A stretch of DNA of 28,946 nt, taken from Octopus sinensis. Its lineage: Eukaryota. Numbering within the stretch: position 1 is the first letter of the stretch; each line of letters starts with the position of its first letter. A model generated the notes under the pieces. It saw only the letters and a program-made list of their open reading frames with translations. It was not told the DNA's origin and ran no database searches. Positions 1 through 10,295 of the stretch are shown here, in pieces. The stretch is taken from contig NW_021833154.1 in the NCBI RefSeq assembly GCF_006345805.1, positions 1-28,946 on the forward strand. Reading direction: 5' to 3'. Position numbers and translations under genes: made by a program.

Positions 1-50
1 AAAGAGTGAGAGAGAAAGAGAGAGAGAGAGAGAGGGAGGGAGAGAGAGAG
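1..50. repeat. (GA)n microsatellite
   Basis: Direct GA dinucleotide run. Confidence 0.95.
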
Positions 51-138
51 AAATACTGAAAAACGCATGAAGCTTGTAAGACGGTAACGGCAGGTAACGC
101 TTGAAGATCTGATTTTCCTGTAAAATTACTTACGAAAC

Positions 139-280
139 TATCGGGCCATCAAAAAATGGTATAAAAATCTTACCATTGTTTTTGATAGCCCGATATAATG
201 AAGAGATGCCTGCGTGGGTTTGTGCCCCGACATCCGAAACTCAGAGTTTTATCATGACTATCGAGTAATATTATGTTTGC
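139..280 (+). mobile_element. Penelope-like terminal-repeat fragment with inverted repeat and degenerate hammerhead-like motif
   Basis: Inverted repeat 139-161/171-195, then ATGAAGA-GATG...CATC-C-GAAAC-TCAGAG-TT (198-248); ends at a (TA)n tract. Confidence 0.45.
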
Positions 281-415
281 AGATATATATATATATATAT
301 TTATATACATATATATATGGAAATATTTTTATTTATAATGCATGTGTATATACGTGTATTAATAAATACACACCACATATATATATATGTATATAGAAAT
401 ACCACATAGATGTAC

Positions 416-456
<41 letters not shown>

Positions 457-760
457 TTAATATATGAAGGAGCTTCTACAGACTAGAACTGTTTCATTCA
501 AAAGAATCATCAGGAAGCTCCTGATGATTTCTTGAATGAAATAGTTCTAGTCCTGTAGAAGCTCCTTCTATATAATAAATTAATTTACTCTGCTATGTAT
601 TGAGTACCTTATTTACTGTGGTTAACCCCGACTCAACCCGGACCTACATATATATATATAATATATATATATATATATTATATATATATCTATATTATAT
701 ATATATATAATATATATATATATATAATACATATATATATACACATATATATATATGTGT
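281..760. repeat. (TA)n microsatellite tracts, interrupted by the 466-647 element
   Basis: Long imperfect TA runs at about 281-460 and 647-760. Confidence 0.95.
466..647. mobile_element. Hairpin element in (TA)n; probable inverted Penelope-like terminal fragment
   Basis: 50-bp arms 466-515 and 519-568 with about 4 differences and a 3-nt loop; both arms carry CTGATGA...GAAA; TA repeats on both sides. Confidence 0.55.
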
Positions 761-1001
761 GTGTATTGTATATCTGCATATATTCAAGTGCGTTGTTGTT
801 AACTTGAAGCATGTGATGTAGAAATAGAATAACAATCAAAGAAAGAACGGAAGTGAGCGTCTTATAATGTGAAGTGGAATTTAGTCAGGCATAAAAGACC
901 ATAGTCAGAAGACTACAGTGGAGAAATTCGAGTTTACTGAGATTCTGCCGAACGGACAGTGACTTCACTTTGTCCGGCAAATACGTTAGCTGCAGTATCG
1001 T

Positions 1002-1193
1002 GGAGGCGCAATGGCCCGTGGTTAGGGCAGCGGACTCACGGTCATAAGAACGCGGTTTCGATTCCCAGACCGGACATTGTGAGTGTTTATTGAGTAAAAA
1101 CACCTAAGCTACACGAAGCTCAGACGGGGGTGCTGGTGAACCCTGCTGTACTCTTTCACCACAATTTTCTCTCAGTCTTTCTTCCTACTTCTG
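1002..1193 (+). mobile_element. tRNA-derived SINE, 5' part (same family as 15111-15494)
   Basis: GGAGGCGCAATGGCC head, A-box and B-box-like GTTTCGATTCC; matches the reverse complement of the head half of 15111-15494. Confidence 0.9.
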
Positions 1194-1399
1194 CCACAAA
1201 GCAGAGGAACCATGGTGTTACCCACTATGGTGTGGTAAACTAGTCTAGATTGTGAATCCTCTGTACCATAGGAAGGTTTAGTTCTCCACCTGTTAAACGC
1301 CACCTTTTACGGAATGAGGATAACAACGTAGCTTTCGCGCCCGTGCAACCGCCAGTCTATCGCGTGTGGTGGGTGAATCTTCAAGCTTAGAGAAGGCTC

Positions 1400-1710
1400 G
1401 ACCACCACAACCAGGACAGGTACTACTATCGCCACCATCATCACTACCACCACGACTGAAAACAACAACAGCAGCAGCAACATCACAACTACCACCACCA
1501 GGACAAAGACAGCTAACAGCACCGCCAATAATTCAGCAATAACAATATAACATGGACAAGAACCTCCACCACCACCAACACCACCAGCACAACTGGCACC
1601 ACCAAACACAATATTAATATATTCACTTCAGGTCCATCAGTAGTACCGCTACCCCATCGTCACCATCACATCACCACTATGACCACGACAAAAGTAACCA
1701 CAAACAGCAA
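1400..1710. repeat. CAC/CAA/CAG low-complexity tract
   Basis: Imperfect trinucleotide runs. Confidence 0.85.
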
Positions 1711-1724
1711 CGTGTCTCTATGTA

Positions 1725-1726
1725 CG

Positions 1727-1792
<66 letters not shown>

Positions 1793-1901
1793 CATATACA
1801 TACATATTTATATATACATGCATTTATATATATGTGTGTTTGTATGTCTATTATATGTATTATATATTTATGTATATATATATATATAATATACATACAT
1901 A

Positions 1902-1971
<70 letters not shown>

Positions 1972-2311
1972 TATATATGTATGTATGTATGTAGCTTGGC
2001 TTTTCATTAAACGATGTCTTCTGCCTTATTTTGATCATATGTTTCTTCCTTCGCCAATTTGATATTTAACTGTTATTGTTGTTTTGTGCGGTGGTGAGGG
2101 TGGTGATGGGAGAGGTTGGCAGGTGCGTACAGACACACGGACAGACGTATTTCAAATAGAGCTCTGCATATGTATGTAATGTTATACATACGGAGATATA
2201 TGTGTACCTATAAATATACGTATAAATGTGCGTACACTCTCACACACAAACACACACACACATATATCTATATGTACACACACACGCACATATATATATA
2301 TATATACACGC

Positions 2312-2349
<38 letters not shown>

Positions 2350-2656
2350 TAGATATATATATATATATCCTACACGTATATTTGTGTGTGTACAACATAA
2401 CTCCGTAGCTTTGTCTTTATATATACATACATATATAATATATTATATATAAATAATCATATATATATATATATATATAAATTGTGTGTGTTTATAAACA
2501 CACACACGTTATATATATATATCGATCTGTTTGTGCGTAGATATACATATATAAAGTGCTTATGTACACATGTACATACACACACGCTTATACACACATG
2601 TATGTATGTATATATAACATTATATATGTAATATATACATATAATATATATATATA

Positions 2657-2702
<46 letters not shown>

Positions 2703-3341
2703 CCATACATATAGAGATTCGTAGATGTATGAGATATATAAACTGGTATCTATCTGATTCATACGCACACAGATACACACACACTCACATATAAAGATAG
2801 ATAGGTAGATTTGTAAATGAATAGAGAGGCAGCATAACAGATAATCGCACGTGTTAGTGGGTGTAAGAAAAAAAAAGAAGAGTAAGAGGGAGAGAGTTAG
2901 AGTAAGGGAGGGGGAGAGAATGAGAGAGAGAGGGGGAGAGGGAGAGAGAAGGGATGTACAGTTAGTCAAGTTGTAAGTGTGAATGAGAGGCACGACCATC
3001 AAAGTATAGTATGAGAGAGTGAAAGGAAATTTTGAGACAGAGGAATGGAGAGAAAATATGACAGAGAGAGAAAGAGTGAGAGAGCGAGAGAGAGAGAGAG
3101 AGAAAGAAGAGAGAAGAGTGTGAGGGAAATGTACACTCTCTCTAAGAAATGTATGAAAAACAATGTACATATATAGAATATACATCACAAAAAATAAATA
3201 AGACACCGGCAAGCACCATACTTCACCCTCAACACCCACAAATACAGCAGTGCATTATATTTATGTGTGTACATATAAATAGAAATATACATACACATAC
3301 CAATGTGTACATATACACATATATATATGTATATATATTTG

Positions 3342-3372
<31 letters not shown>

Positions 3373-3387
3373 ATATATATACACACA

Positions 3388-3438
<51 letters not shown>

Positions 3439-3488
3439 CTGTGTATATATATATATATGTATATATATATGTGTTCCTTTTCACCCTT

Positions 3489-3535
<47 letters not shown>

Positions 3536-3559
3536 TCTATCTATCAGTGTGTGTATAAT

Positions 3560-3601
<42 letters not shown>

Positions 3602-3617
3602 ACATATATATATATAT

Positions 3618-3674
<57 letters not shown>

Positions 3675-3675
3675 C
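1725..3675. repeat. Compound (TA)n/(CA)n/(GA)n microsatellite region
   Basis: Near-continuous TA and CA tracts with a GA-rich stretch at about 2880-3125; source of the YI/HT ORFs. Confidence 0.95.
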
Positions 3676-3789
3676 AACAAAAAAAAAAAAGAGACACTCA
3701 AAGGAAATATAGCGGTAACACAACAAAGAATTCCACGTGATATATAGTACCATGTTTTAATACGATGGAACAATTATTGAGAATCTATC

Positions 3790-3905
3790 ATGATTTCTAG
3801 CCTGGCAGCTAATATTATCATTGGTTCAATTACTTTAGCATTATAAACTCTCTACAACTATTCCGTGCAGTGGATGACATATTTGGCACAACTCTTCACA
3901 TCAAC
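3790..3905 (-). pseudogene. Possible C-terminal piece of an IgGFc-binding-like domain (copy C)
   Basis: Minus-strand KYVIHCTE*L*RVYNAK and, in another frame, Y*LPG; loosely like the H-x-H...VYG...YxYPG end of the domain. Contains stops. Confidence 0.2.
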
Positions 3906-3914
3906 TTGTCATAC

Positions 3915-4308
3915 TCTTTCTCTCCTTTCTTTCTTTTCATTAATTTCTTTCTTTTAATATTTTCTACTTTCTTCTTCTTTTCCTTTTCTTTCTTTCTTTG
4001 TTTCTTTCATTTCTTTTTTTTGTTTTCGTTTTTCACTCCTCGTTTATTTTTTCCCTTTTTCTGTCGTATTTTATCTTGTCTTTTTTTTTTTTACTTTTTC
4101 TTTCGTCTAACTCGTTGCTTTTGTTGCTGTCCTGCTGCTGCTGCTGCTCTTCCTGCTCCTCCTCTTCTTCCTCCTCCCATTCTTCCTCCTGTTCCTCCTG
4201 CTGTTTCTGCTCCTCCTCCTCGTGCTCCTGCTGCTGCTGCTCCTACTTTTCCTCGTCTCACTCCTGTCCCAACTCCTTCTACTCTTCTTCTTCCTCTACT
4301 TCTTCTTC

Positions 4309-4340
<32 letters not shown>

Positions 4341-4520
4341 CTTCTTCTTCTTCTTCTTCGTCTTCTTTCTCCTATTCTTCTTCCCCTTATACTTTTCCCT
4401 CTCCCAATCCTACTCCTTCTCCTCTCCCTCCTCATCACCAATCCCACCACCACCACCACCACCACCACCTCCATTATCCCTCTCCTTCTTCTACGTCTTC
4501 TTTTACTCCAGCCACCCATT
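3915..4520. repeat. Pyrimidine-rich low complexity with (CTT)n, (CTG)n, (CAC)n
   Basis: Pure CTT run at about 4300-4358; explains the overlapping poly-S/L/F/R ORFs. Confidence 0.92.
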
Positions 4521-4726
4521 TCTACCTCCTTTGCCCACCCATTTGCTCATTATCTTTCATCCTATTCCAATCTCCTTCCGACCTTCAACCCTTCCTGTTC
4601 ATGGATACCCACCTCCACAACCGCTCTCGTACGATACTCTCGTTGAATTCTAATCAGTTCTCCATGATACAAGGGATCGTAAATCGCGAGCATATTCTTA
4701 GACATTGTCCATGGTTTCTCGCAATA

Positions 4727-4818
4727 TCTTGCTCAAAGACACAACGCGCCGCCGGGAATCGAACTCAAGACCTTACGATCGTTAGCCGAATATCCTAACC
4801 ACTAAACCACGCGCCTTC
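4727..4818 (-). mobile_element. tRNA-derived SINE head (family of 14413-14735)
   Basis: Reverse complement GAAGGCGCGTGGTTTAGTGGTTAGG...GAGTTCGATTCC...GTGTCTTTGAGCAAGA matches the head of 14413-14735. Confidence 0.88.
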
Positions 4819-5002
4819 CCTGGTGTGGCATTGGTTTAGTAAAAAACGAAATATTAAATATTCCCGGCTACCTTTGCGCTCCCTATTTTTTTGACAAAGC
4901 TACGAGTAGGCCCACTTCACATTACGTCATGCCACATCCACCTTTAAAAATTTTGAATTGCCAAGACCACAATTATAAAATGCTATCACGTCCTTACTAC
5001 TA

Positions 5003-5142
5003 TTAGGTTGTCCCAAAAGTTCGTAAACACTTGCGAAAATTGAATTTTTACTCGCCAAGTACTAACAAAACAACAAAAATTATTCCTCAAAATAAAGACC
5101 ATTATTTTCCAAGACTTTCTACGAACTTTTGGGACAACCTTA
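5003..5142. mobile_element. Tc1/mariner-type MITE (140 bp)
   Basis: TIRs TTAGGTTGTCCCAAAAGTTCGTA and TACGAACTTTTGGGACAACCTTA; TA on both sides (5001-5002, 5143-5144). Confidence 0.9.
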
Positions 5143-5279
5143 TATTTTCAGTATGGTTTCCATATATTCATGTTATCCCAACCGATGAAGTATACCTAGC
5201 AATCACACACTTCCCTGGTGGCAACGTGTGTAGTATTTTGGAGAAGAGATAAAATATTCATTTGAAGCTGTTATTTGCA

Positions 5280-5923
5280 TTTTCGCTGTTATAAGACAAG
5301 ACGGTCTTGAGATTTAGCAACAGGATGTGTATGGCGAATTGATAATCCTTCCTAAGGATGTACAAAATGATGATTTAATTAAAACTTGGCTGGAAGTTAT
5401 TCCTGGTCTGCGTTTCCGATTCTAATACGTTACATCAGATTCCCATGTAAGAATTGAGGTTGTTCTTATTCCTACCATATTTCATAGAAGTCATCTCACA
5501 CCATTTCTCCTTAATGTGAGATTGCGTCCATATTAAAACATTCTTCTAGATGTATCGCTAGAAACACATTATTTCTATAACCGCCATCTTGTTTTTGTTA
5601 GATCAGTTAAACTTAGAACGGTTTTATGCATATATAAATGTATGCATGTATGTATTTAGGTGTGTATGTGTTTGCGGAGGTATGTGTCTGTTTGTGCGAA
5701 CATAGGTGGCGTAGTAGATTTCTCGATGGATTCACGATCGTCAGTTCGTGCATTCGAATGTTACAAAGGGCAGCAAATTGTCTCCTTCAGCAAGACAATC
5801 CATCTCACATGGCTTCAGAGCACCACCGACAGCTATGTGGAGGTTACCATACAGACCGACGAGGGCTGTAACCTCGAAGTCACTATCAACGCTATTCTTG
5901 TTAAAGACTAATTATTATGTACT
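5280..5923 (-). pseudogene. Candidate central exon(s) of IgGFc-binding-like gene copy C, disrupted
   Basis: Acceptor tactttttgtag|5923. VFNKNSVDSDFEVTALVGLYGNLHIAVGGALKPCEMDCLAEGDN (5908-5777) has the N-x6-D-x10-G-x4-AV...E-x7-DN spacing recalled for FCGBP-N; DLTKTR (5604-5587) resembles DLTGTR. Frameshifts and stops present. Confidence 0.45.
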
Positions 5924-6100
5924 CTACAAAAAGTATTGAGTACTCCTTTAGTTTAATGTAAACTTGGTTATATTATTATTCCACACATACGCGCGCGCAT
6001 GAACATACAACCGCACACAAACATATACACACATGAATGTATAAGGTATATACATATGTAACTGTCTATCCGTCTTTCTCTCTCCCTCTATCCCCCCTCT

Positions 6101-6101
<1 letters not shown>

Positions 6102-6141
<40 letters not shown>

Positions 6142-6170
6142 CATCTATCTATCTATCTATCTATCTATCT
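6102..6170. repeat. (TATC)n microsatellite
   Basis: Direct tetranucleotide run. Confidence 0.95.
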
Positions 6171-6411
6171 AGTAAGCGGAGAAATGAGATGTTCAAACAC
6201 CTTCCCAAGAGGAAAGAAAAAATAAACTATCGATTCACATTTGTTAAATTATCTATAAGAAGGATGATAAATTAATAATGAGAGAAAATAAAAAGGAGAT
6301 TCGAAACTGACAGAACAGAAGGAACTCAAAATGGAGTTCAAGTTCATAAAACCCCATGACAGCAGCACACACGAACATGTGTGTAACACAGATATGTAAA
6401 ATCTCACACAT

Positions 6412-6808
6412 GCGCAGCAGTGGCTGTGTGGTAAGTAGCTTGCTTACGAACCAAATGGTTCCAGGTTCAGTCCCACTGCCTGGCACCTTCGACGAGAGTC
6501 TTCTACTATAGCCTCGGGCCGACCAAAGCTTTGTGAGTGGATTTGGTAGACGGAAGCCAAGAGAAGTCCGTCGTTATATATATATATATATATATAAAGT
6601 TAATCCAAACAAGAAAGCACAAAAAAAACAACAACGCGAGGACGTGGAACAAATATAGAATTATTGGACGCTCAGGAAAGAAGGAAAGAAGGAGGACTTA
6701 ACGTTTCGAGCGGAGCTCTTCGTCGGAAACATAGGAGAAGGAAAGATACAAAGAAGGGAAGACAGAGGGAAAAAAAATCACCAACGGTACCCACGCGGTC
6801 ACATTTTG

Positions 6809-6883
<75 letters not shown>

Positions 6884-7024
6884 TTATGTATATATATGTA
6901 TATATATATATGTATGTATGTATGTATATATATGTTGTGTATGTTTATCAAACCAACATCGCTTGACAACCGATGCTGGTGTGTTTACGTCAAGGAAACT
7001 TAGTCCGATAGAATAAAGTACTAG
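6412..7024 (+). mobile_element. tRNA-derived SINE with internal microsatellite (family of 12133 and 25651), interrupted
   Basis: Head GCGCAGCAGTGGCTGTGTGGTAAG...GGTTCAGTCCC (6412-6574), then TA tract with nested insert, then 3' part ATCGCTTGACAACCGATGCTGG (6941-7024). Confidence 0.88.
6598..6807 (-). mobile_element. Penelope-like terminal fragment nested in (TA)n, with hammerhead-like motif
   Basis: Minus strand 6731-6695 reads TGTTT-CCGACGA-A-GAGC-TCC-GCTC-GAAAC-GTTAAGTC; TA repeats on both sides. Confidence 0.55.
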
Positions 7025-7185
7025 CACTTCGGGCGAAGTGCTTAGCGGTATTTCGTCTGTCTTTACATTGCGAGTTCAAATTCCGCCTAGGTCGACTTTG
7101 CCATTCATCCTTTCGGGGTCGACAAATTGAGTACCAGTTGCGTACAGGGGTCGATCTAATCGACTGGCCCCCCTCCCCAAAATTT
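7022..7185 (+). mobile_element. Nin-domain-type SINE, 5'-truncated
   Basis: B-box GAGTTCAAATTCC then GTCGACTTTGCCATTCATCCTTTCGGGGTCGACAAATTGAGTACC (Nin/Deu-like core); four more copies in the window. Confidence 0.85.
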
Positions 7186-7236
7186 GCCAAAATTAGCACG
7201 TGGCATGCTATCGAACAAGCTAATCAATATACCAGC

Positions 7237-7277
<41 letters not shown>

Positions 7278-7375
7278 TATAATTGTCTGCATTCAGAGAT
7301 ATGCATACACAAATACATTTGCTATATATATATATATACACACACATATATTGAGAAAGTGATGAATAGCCATAC

Positions 7376-7631
7376 TCGATTTCCGAATCTTATTGGTCTC
7401 TACACCAATTTGACCAATCCCAGAGAAATAAGCACCCAATCTGCTTATATACTCAACAATTATAGTAACGGCAAGACACTGGAGTTACTAATTTGCATGG
7501 GTATAAATTCAAATTTAGTATCAACCTTGTAGTTTGCCTCAGAAAGACAGTCAATACTATTTGTTATCAGATAGATGTTACAGCGAAAATTAAATGTTTC
7601 AAAGAAGATATCCCTGAAAATCCGTGAATAC
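7376..7631 (-). pseudogene. Candidate second coding exon of secreted gene copy C (N-terminal part of an IgGFc-binding-like domain)
   Basis: Branch-like GCTAAC, pyrimidine tract and CAG acceptor at 7632-7634. Phase-1 join gives ...STT-G-IHGFSGI and, as written, stops at 7567-7569. With two 1-nt corrections it reads to donor TCGA|gtatgg at 7375. Confidence 0.45.
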
Positions 7632-7919
7632 CTGTTGGGTTAATAAAAGCACAGACAAGGAGAAATGAGTTAGCAATACATTTTATTGCATAACACTAGA
7701 ATTGCTTCACCGACACATTGCGAGAATAATAATTGCCCAAATAATATTATTTAATATACGAAATTATATATTGTAGGAGTATTATTTCAGCAACTCTTCA
7801 GGCGCTTGGGTTCATGCATTTACCTTGTAAGAAGACATAACTCAATATTTTTCTAAAAAAATCTCCAGATATGTTTTATTAATACGTGTGAAGATATATA
7901 TTCGCGCATGTGTTTGTAT

Positions 7920-7964
7920 GCGTATATATATACGTGAGTGTATGTATGAATATATGTATATATG

Positions 7965-8008
<44 letters not shown>

Positions 8009-8014
8009 TATATG

Positions 8015-8061
<47 letters not shown>

Positions 8062-8080
8062 GTATATATGTATGTATATA

Positions 8081-8116
<36 letters not shown>

Positions 8117-8430
8117 TGTATGCATAATGAAATAGAGGATTATGTTTATCGCTCGCATAAGAATATAAAAATATGAACTCATGCTATATTCATGAGTGGT
8201 GGTAAAAAGAATATTTTTGTAATTATATATATATGTATGTATATGGTTGTTATATTTATATTTCTGTTTTTTATACATATGTATATGCATTAATATATAT
8301 GTATATAAGTCTGTACAAATTTACACATGTAGATATACGATGACGTATGAATGTGTATGCGTATATATATATATATATGCACACACACATACGTATACAT
8401 ACATATGTGTGCGTATACGTGTGCGTGTTT
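7920..8430. repeat. (TA)n/(TATG)n microsatellite tracts
   Basis: Direct repeats. Confidence 0.9.
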
Positions 8431-8681
8431 CATGAAATATCGATACAAAATGTAGTATATACACAGAGAGTGAGAGTGAAGAAAGATATAAGGGAATATA
8501 AACAAGAAATGTAGATACCTATGTTGATGTATGTATTTTGTTATTGTTTTTAGGGTTGGTAAATCCGCCATTATTAAACATTTCAACGAGAGAATTGACA
8601 CAACCGGTAAACTTCAACGTTACCAAAAACGTGTCTTTAACGAGCAAAACAATTTCAAAGCGAGTAGTTATGTGTACGTAC

Positions 8682-8745
8682 CTGTTGTTGAAAGTGTTAG
8701 TAGTAAGTATGTAATCAATGCACCCGCAAGTATCTTTCTATCCAT
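8682..8745 (-). CDS. Signal-peptide-coding first coding exon (exon 8682-8793): MDRKILAGALITYLLLTLSTT(G)
   Basis: Strong acceptor ttttattgttctttcatctttttcag|8793; in-frame upstream TAA; Kozak ATC-ATG-G; basic N-region plus hydrophobic core; phase-1 donor CAG|gtacgt at 8681. Confidence 0.6.
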
Positions 8746-9059
8746 GATTGATAATGATTATATGTTAGTCAGCTGCTCCAAGACGTCATGGTTCTGAAAA
8801 AGATGAAAGAACAATAAAATAATGGATATTATTATTGTTCCTACAATAAACATAACAAGCGGATACATTTCATTTTAGCGGCTCAGTGTATACTTTATAA
8901 CATTTATATGGTTACGTTACTGACATGAAATAAGCGAAATGGCAAAGCCGCTTGACTGTTAGATAGATAGCTTCAGGCTAATTTTTTTCTCGCTCATATT
9001 TCAAATTTCGCCAAGGTCAAATATGCATGTCATCGTTTCGAAGTTGATTAAAATATAGC

Positions 9060-9430
9060 AATCATGTGCAAAATAATTGATGTTGCGCGCCCTTTTTGAC
9101 TCGGGAATAACCAATAAGAAAGACGAAAAATAGACGTATGCAATCCTCTTAAATACGAGATAGCTCGGCTGTAAAAATAAAGGAGGTGAAGATAGTGCCA
9201 ATTATTGTTGATCCATTAGGGACAGTACCAGGAGGCATCAAGAGGAATATAAAGGAAATCGGAATAGAGTGCCCAGTAGAAATGTTACAAAAGGTTTGCC
9301 TCCTCGGCAAAGTATGAAATAATTGAAAACAACACATAGCAAGATACCAGAGGCTGCAGGTAGCAACCCCACTACAGATGCAAGACTCCAGGTGTTCCAA
9401 CCGAACCTGAGCTAAAAGAAAATATAAATA
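9060..9430 (+). mobile_element. R4/Dong-like non-LTR retrotransposon, degenerate RLE C-terminus and 3' end
   Basis: CKIIDVA.PF, LKYEIARL, VKIVPIIVDPLGTVP and LQKVCLLG motifs with frameshifts; ends in AAT repeats. Confidence 0.85.
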
Positions 9431-9437
9431 ATAATAA

Positions 9438-9644
9438 TGGATTCATATTTCGGTACAATTTCAAGAGTAGGGATTAAGTCGATTACATCGCCCCCCCTCT
9501 GCAAACAACCGGTACTTATTTCATCGACCTCGAAAAGATGAAAGGCAAAGTCGGCCTCCATGGAATTTGAACTGTGAACGTAAAGGACAAAATACTGCAA
9601 AGGATCTTGTCTGGTGCGGTAACGGTTCTACCAGTTCGCCGCTT
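9438..9644 (-). mobile_element. Nin-domain-type SINE
   Basis: Reverse complement of the 7022 family, including GCCTTTCATCTTTTCGAGGTCGATGAAATAAGTACC. Confidence 0.82.
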
Positions 9645-9660
9645 TAATAATAATAATAAT

Positions 9661-9731
<71 letters not shown>
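9645..9731. repeat. (AAT)n microsatellite
   Basis: Direct trinucleotide run; similar tracts at 10243-10292, 10833-10886 and 11095-11170. Confidence 0.95.
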
Positions 9732-9733
<2 letters not shown>

Positions 9734-10241
9734 TGAAGTAACAGAGAACTGGTATGAGCATGTACCATGTAAAGCTATGCTGGAGGATGGAAAAGTAACG
9801 ATACTCTGGGACTATGATTTTCAGACGGATCGTGTAATCGAACACCGTCGGCCGGGTATTGCCATATTGAATAAGAGAGACAAATACTGTCAGATCATTG
9901 ATGTAGCGATACCAAATGATATGAATGACGTGAGTAAAATGGTTTTAAAAAATCATCAAGTACTGTGAATTGAAAGTGGAAATGGCAAGACTGTAGGGAA
10001 TGTGAGAGGGTAATGTAAAAGTGATACCAGTGGTGATCGGTGCGTTGGGCTCAATCCCATTGAAACCTCAAGTCTTCTTGAGGCAACTGCAAATCCCATG
10101 CAAGATTGATATCTTGCTAAAAGCAGCCTTATTGGGCACAGAGCACATCTTAAGGAAACTATTTTCTGTCTGAGGTCCTTGTTGTGACTTGAGAGATGAA
10201 TAAAGACTCCGGTGCATTTTTACCTACGCTGTGTTACGAGG

Positions 10242-10242
<1 letters not shown>
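9732..10242 (+). mobile_element. R4/Dong-like non-LTR retrotransposon 3' fragment (restriction-like endonuclease)
   Basis: WYEHVP..ILWDYDFQTDRVIEHRRP(G)I..CQIIDVAIPND..KY..LKVE..VIPVVIGALGSIP..ALLGTEHILRK*, then a short 3' UTR; (AAT)n on both sides. Confidence 0.92.

Positions 10243-10294
<52 letters not shown>

Positions 10295-10295
<1 letters not shown>

Noticed and set aside
1666-3773. Many ORFs rich in YI/HT/CV (also about 7850-8600, 12510-13030, 17160-17750, 20780-21800, 24350-25350, 27340-27860)
   Set aside because: Translations of stop-free microsatellites.
3870-4798. Long overlapping ORFs (258 and 266 aa) with poly-S/L/P/H
   Set aside because: Trinucleotide low complexity open in several frames on both strands; no domain or splice support.
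5581-5591. YY1-like motif CCGCCATCTTG
   Set aside because: Single short motif with no promoter context; overlaps the candidate coding DLTKTR segment.
5660-5911. Plus-strand ORF or terminal exon GGVVDFSMDS...YVEVTIQTDEGCNLEVTINAILVKD*
   Set aside because: No recognisable family and a weak acceptor. It is the in-register antisense of the minus-strand frame that fits FCGBP-N spacing, so it is treated as a shadow ORF, though not fully excluded.
7824-7852. Minus-strand 29-nt micro-exon (tttttag|...CAAG|gtaaat)
   Set aside because: Gives an immediate stop in the phase needed after the signal exon; could be chance splice-like motifs.
8554-8702. Plus-strand exon-like segment (tttttag|...|gtaagt) with a GAIN-like, N-glycosylation-rich translation
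   Set aside because: Overlaps the better-supported minus-strand signal exon, and its donor derives from that exon's Tyr/Leu codons; no plus-strand GPS or 7TM exons found.
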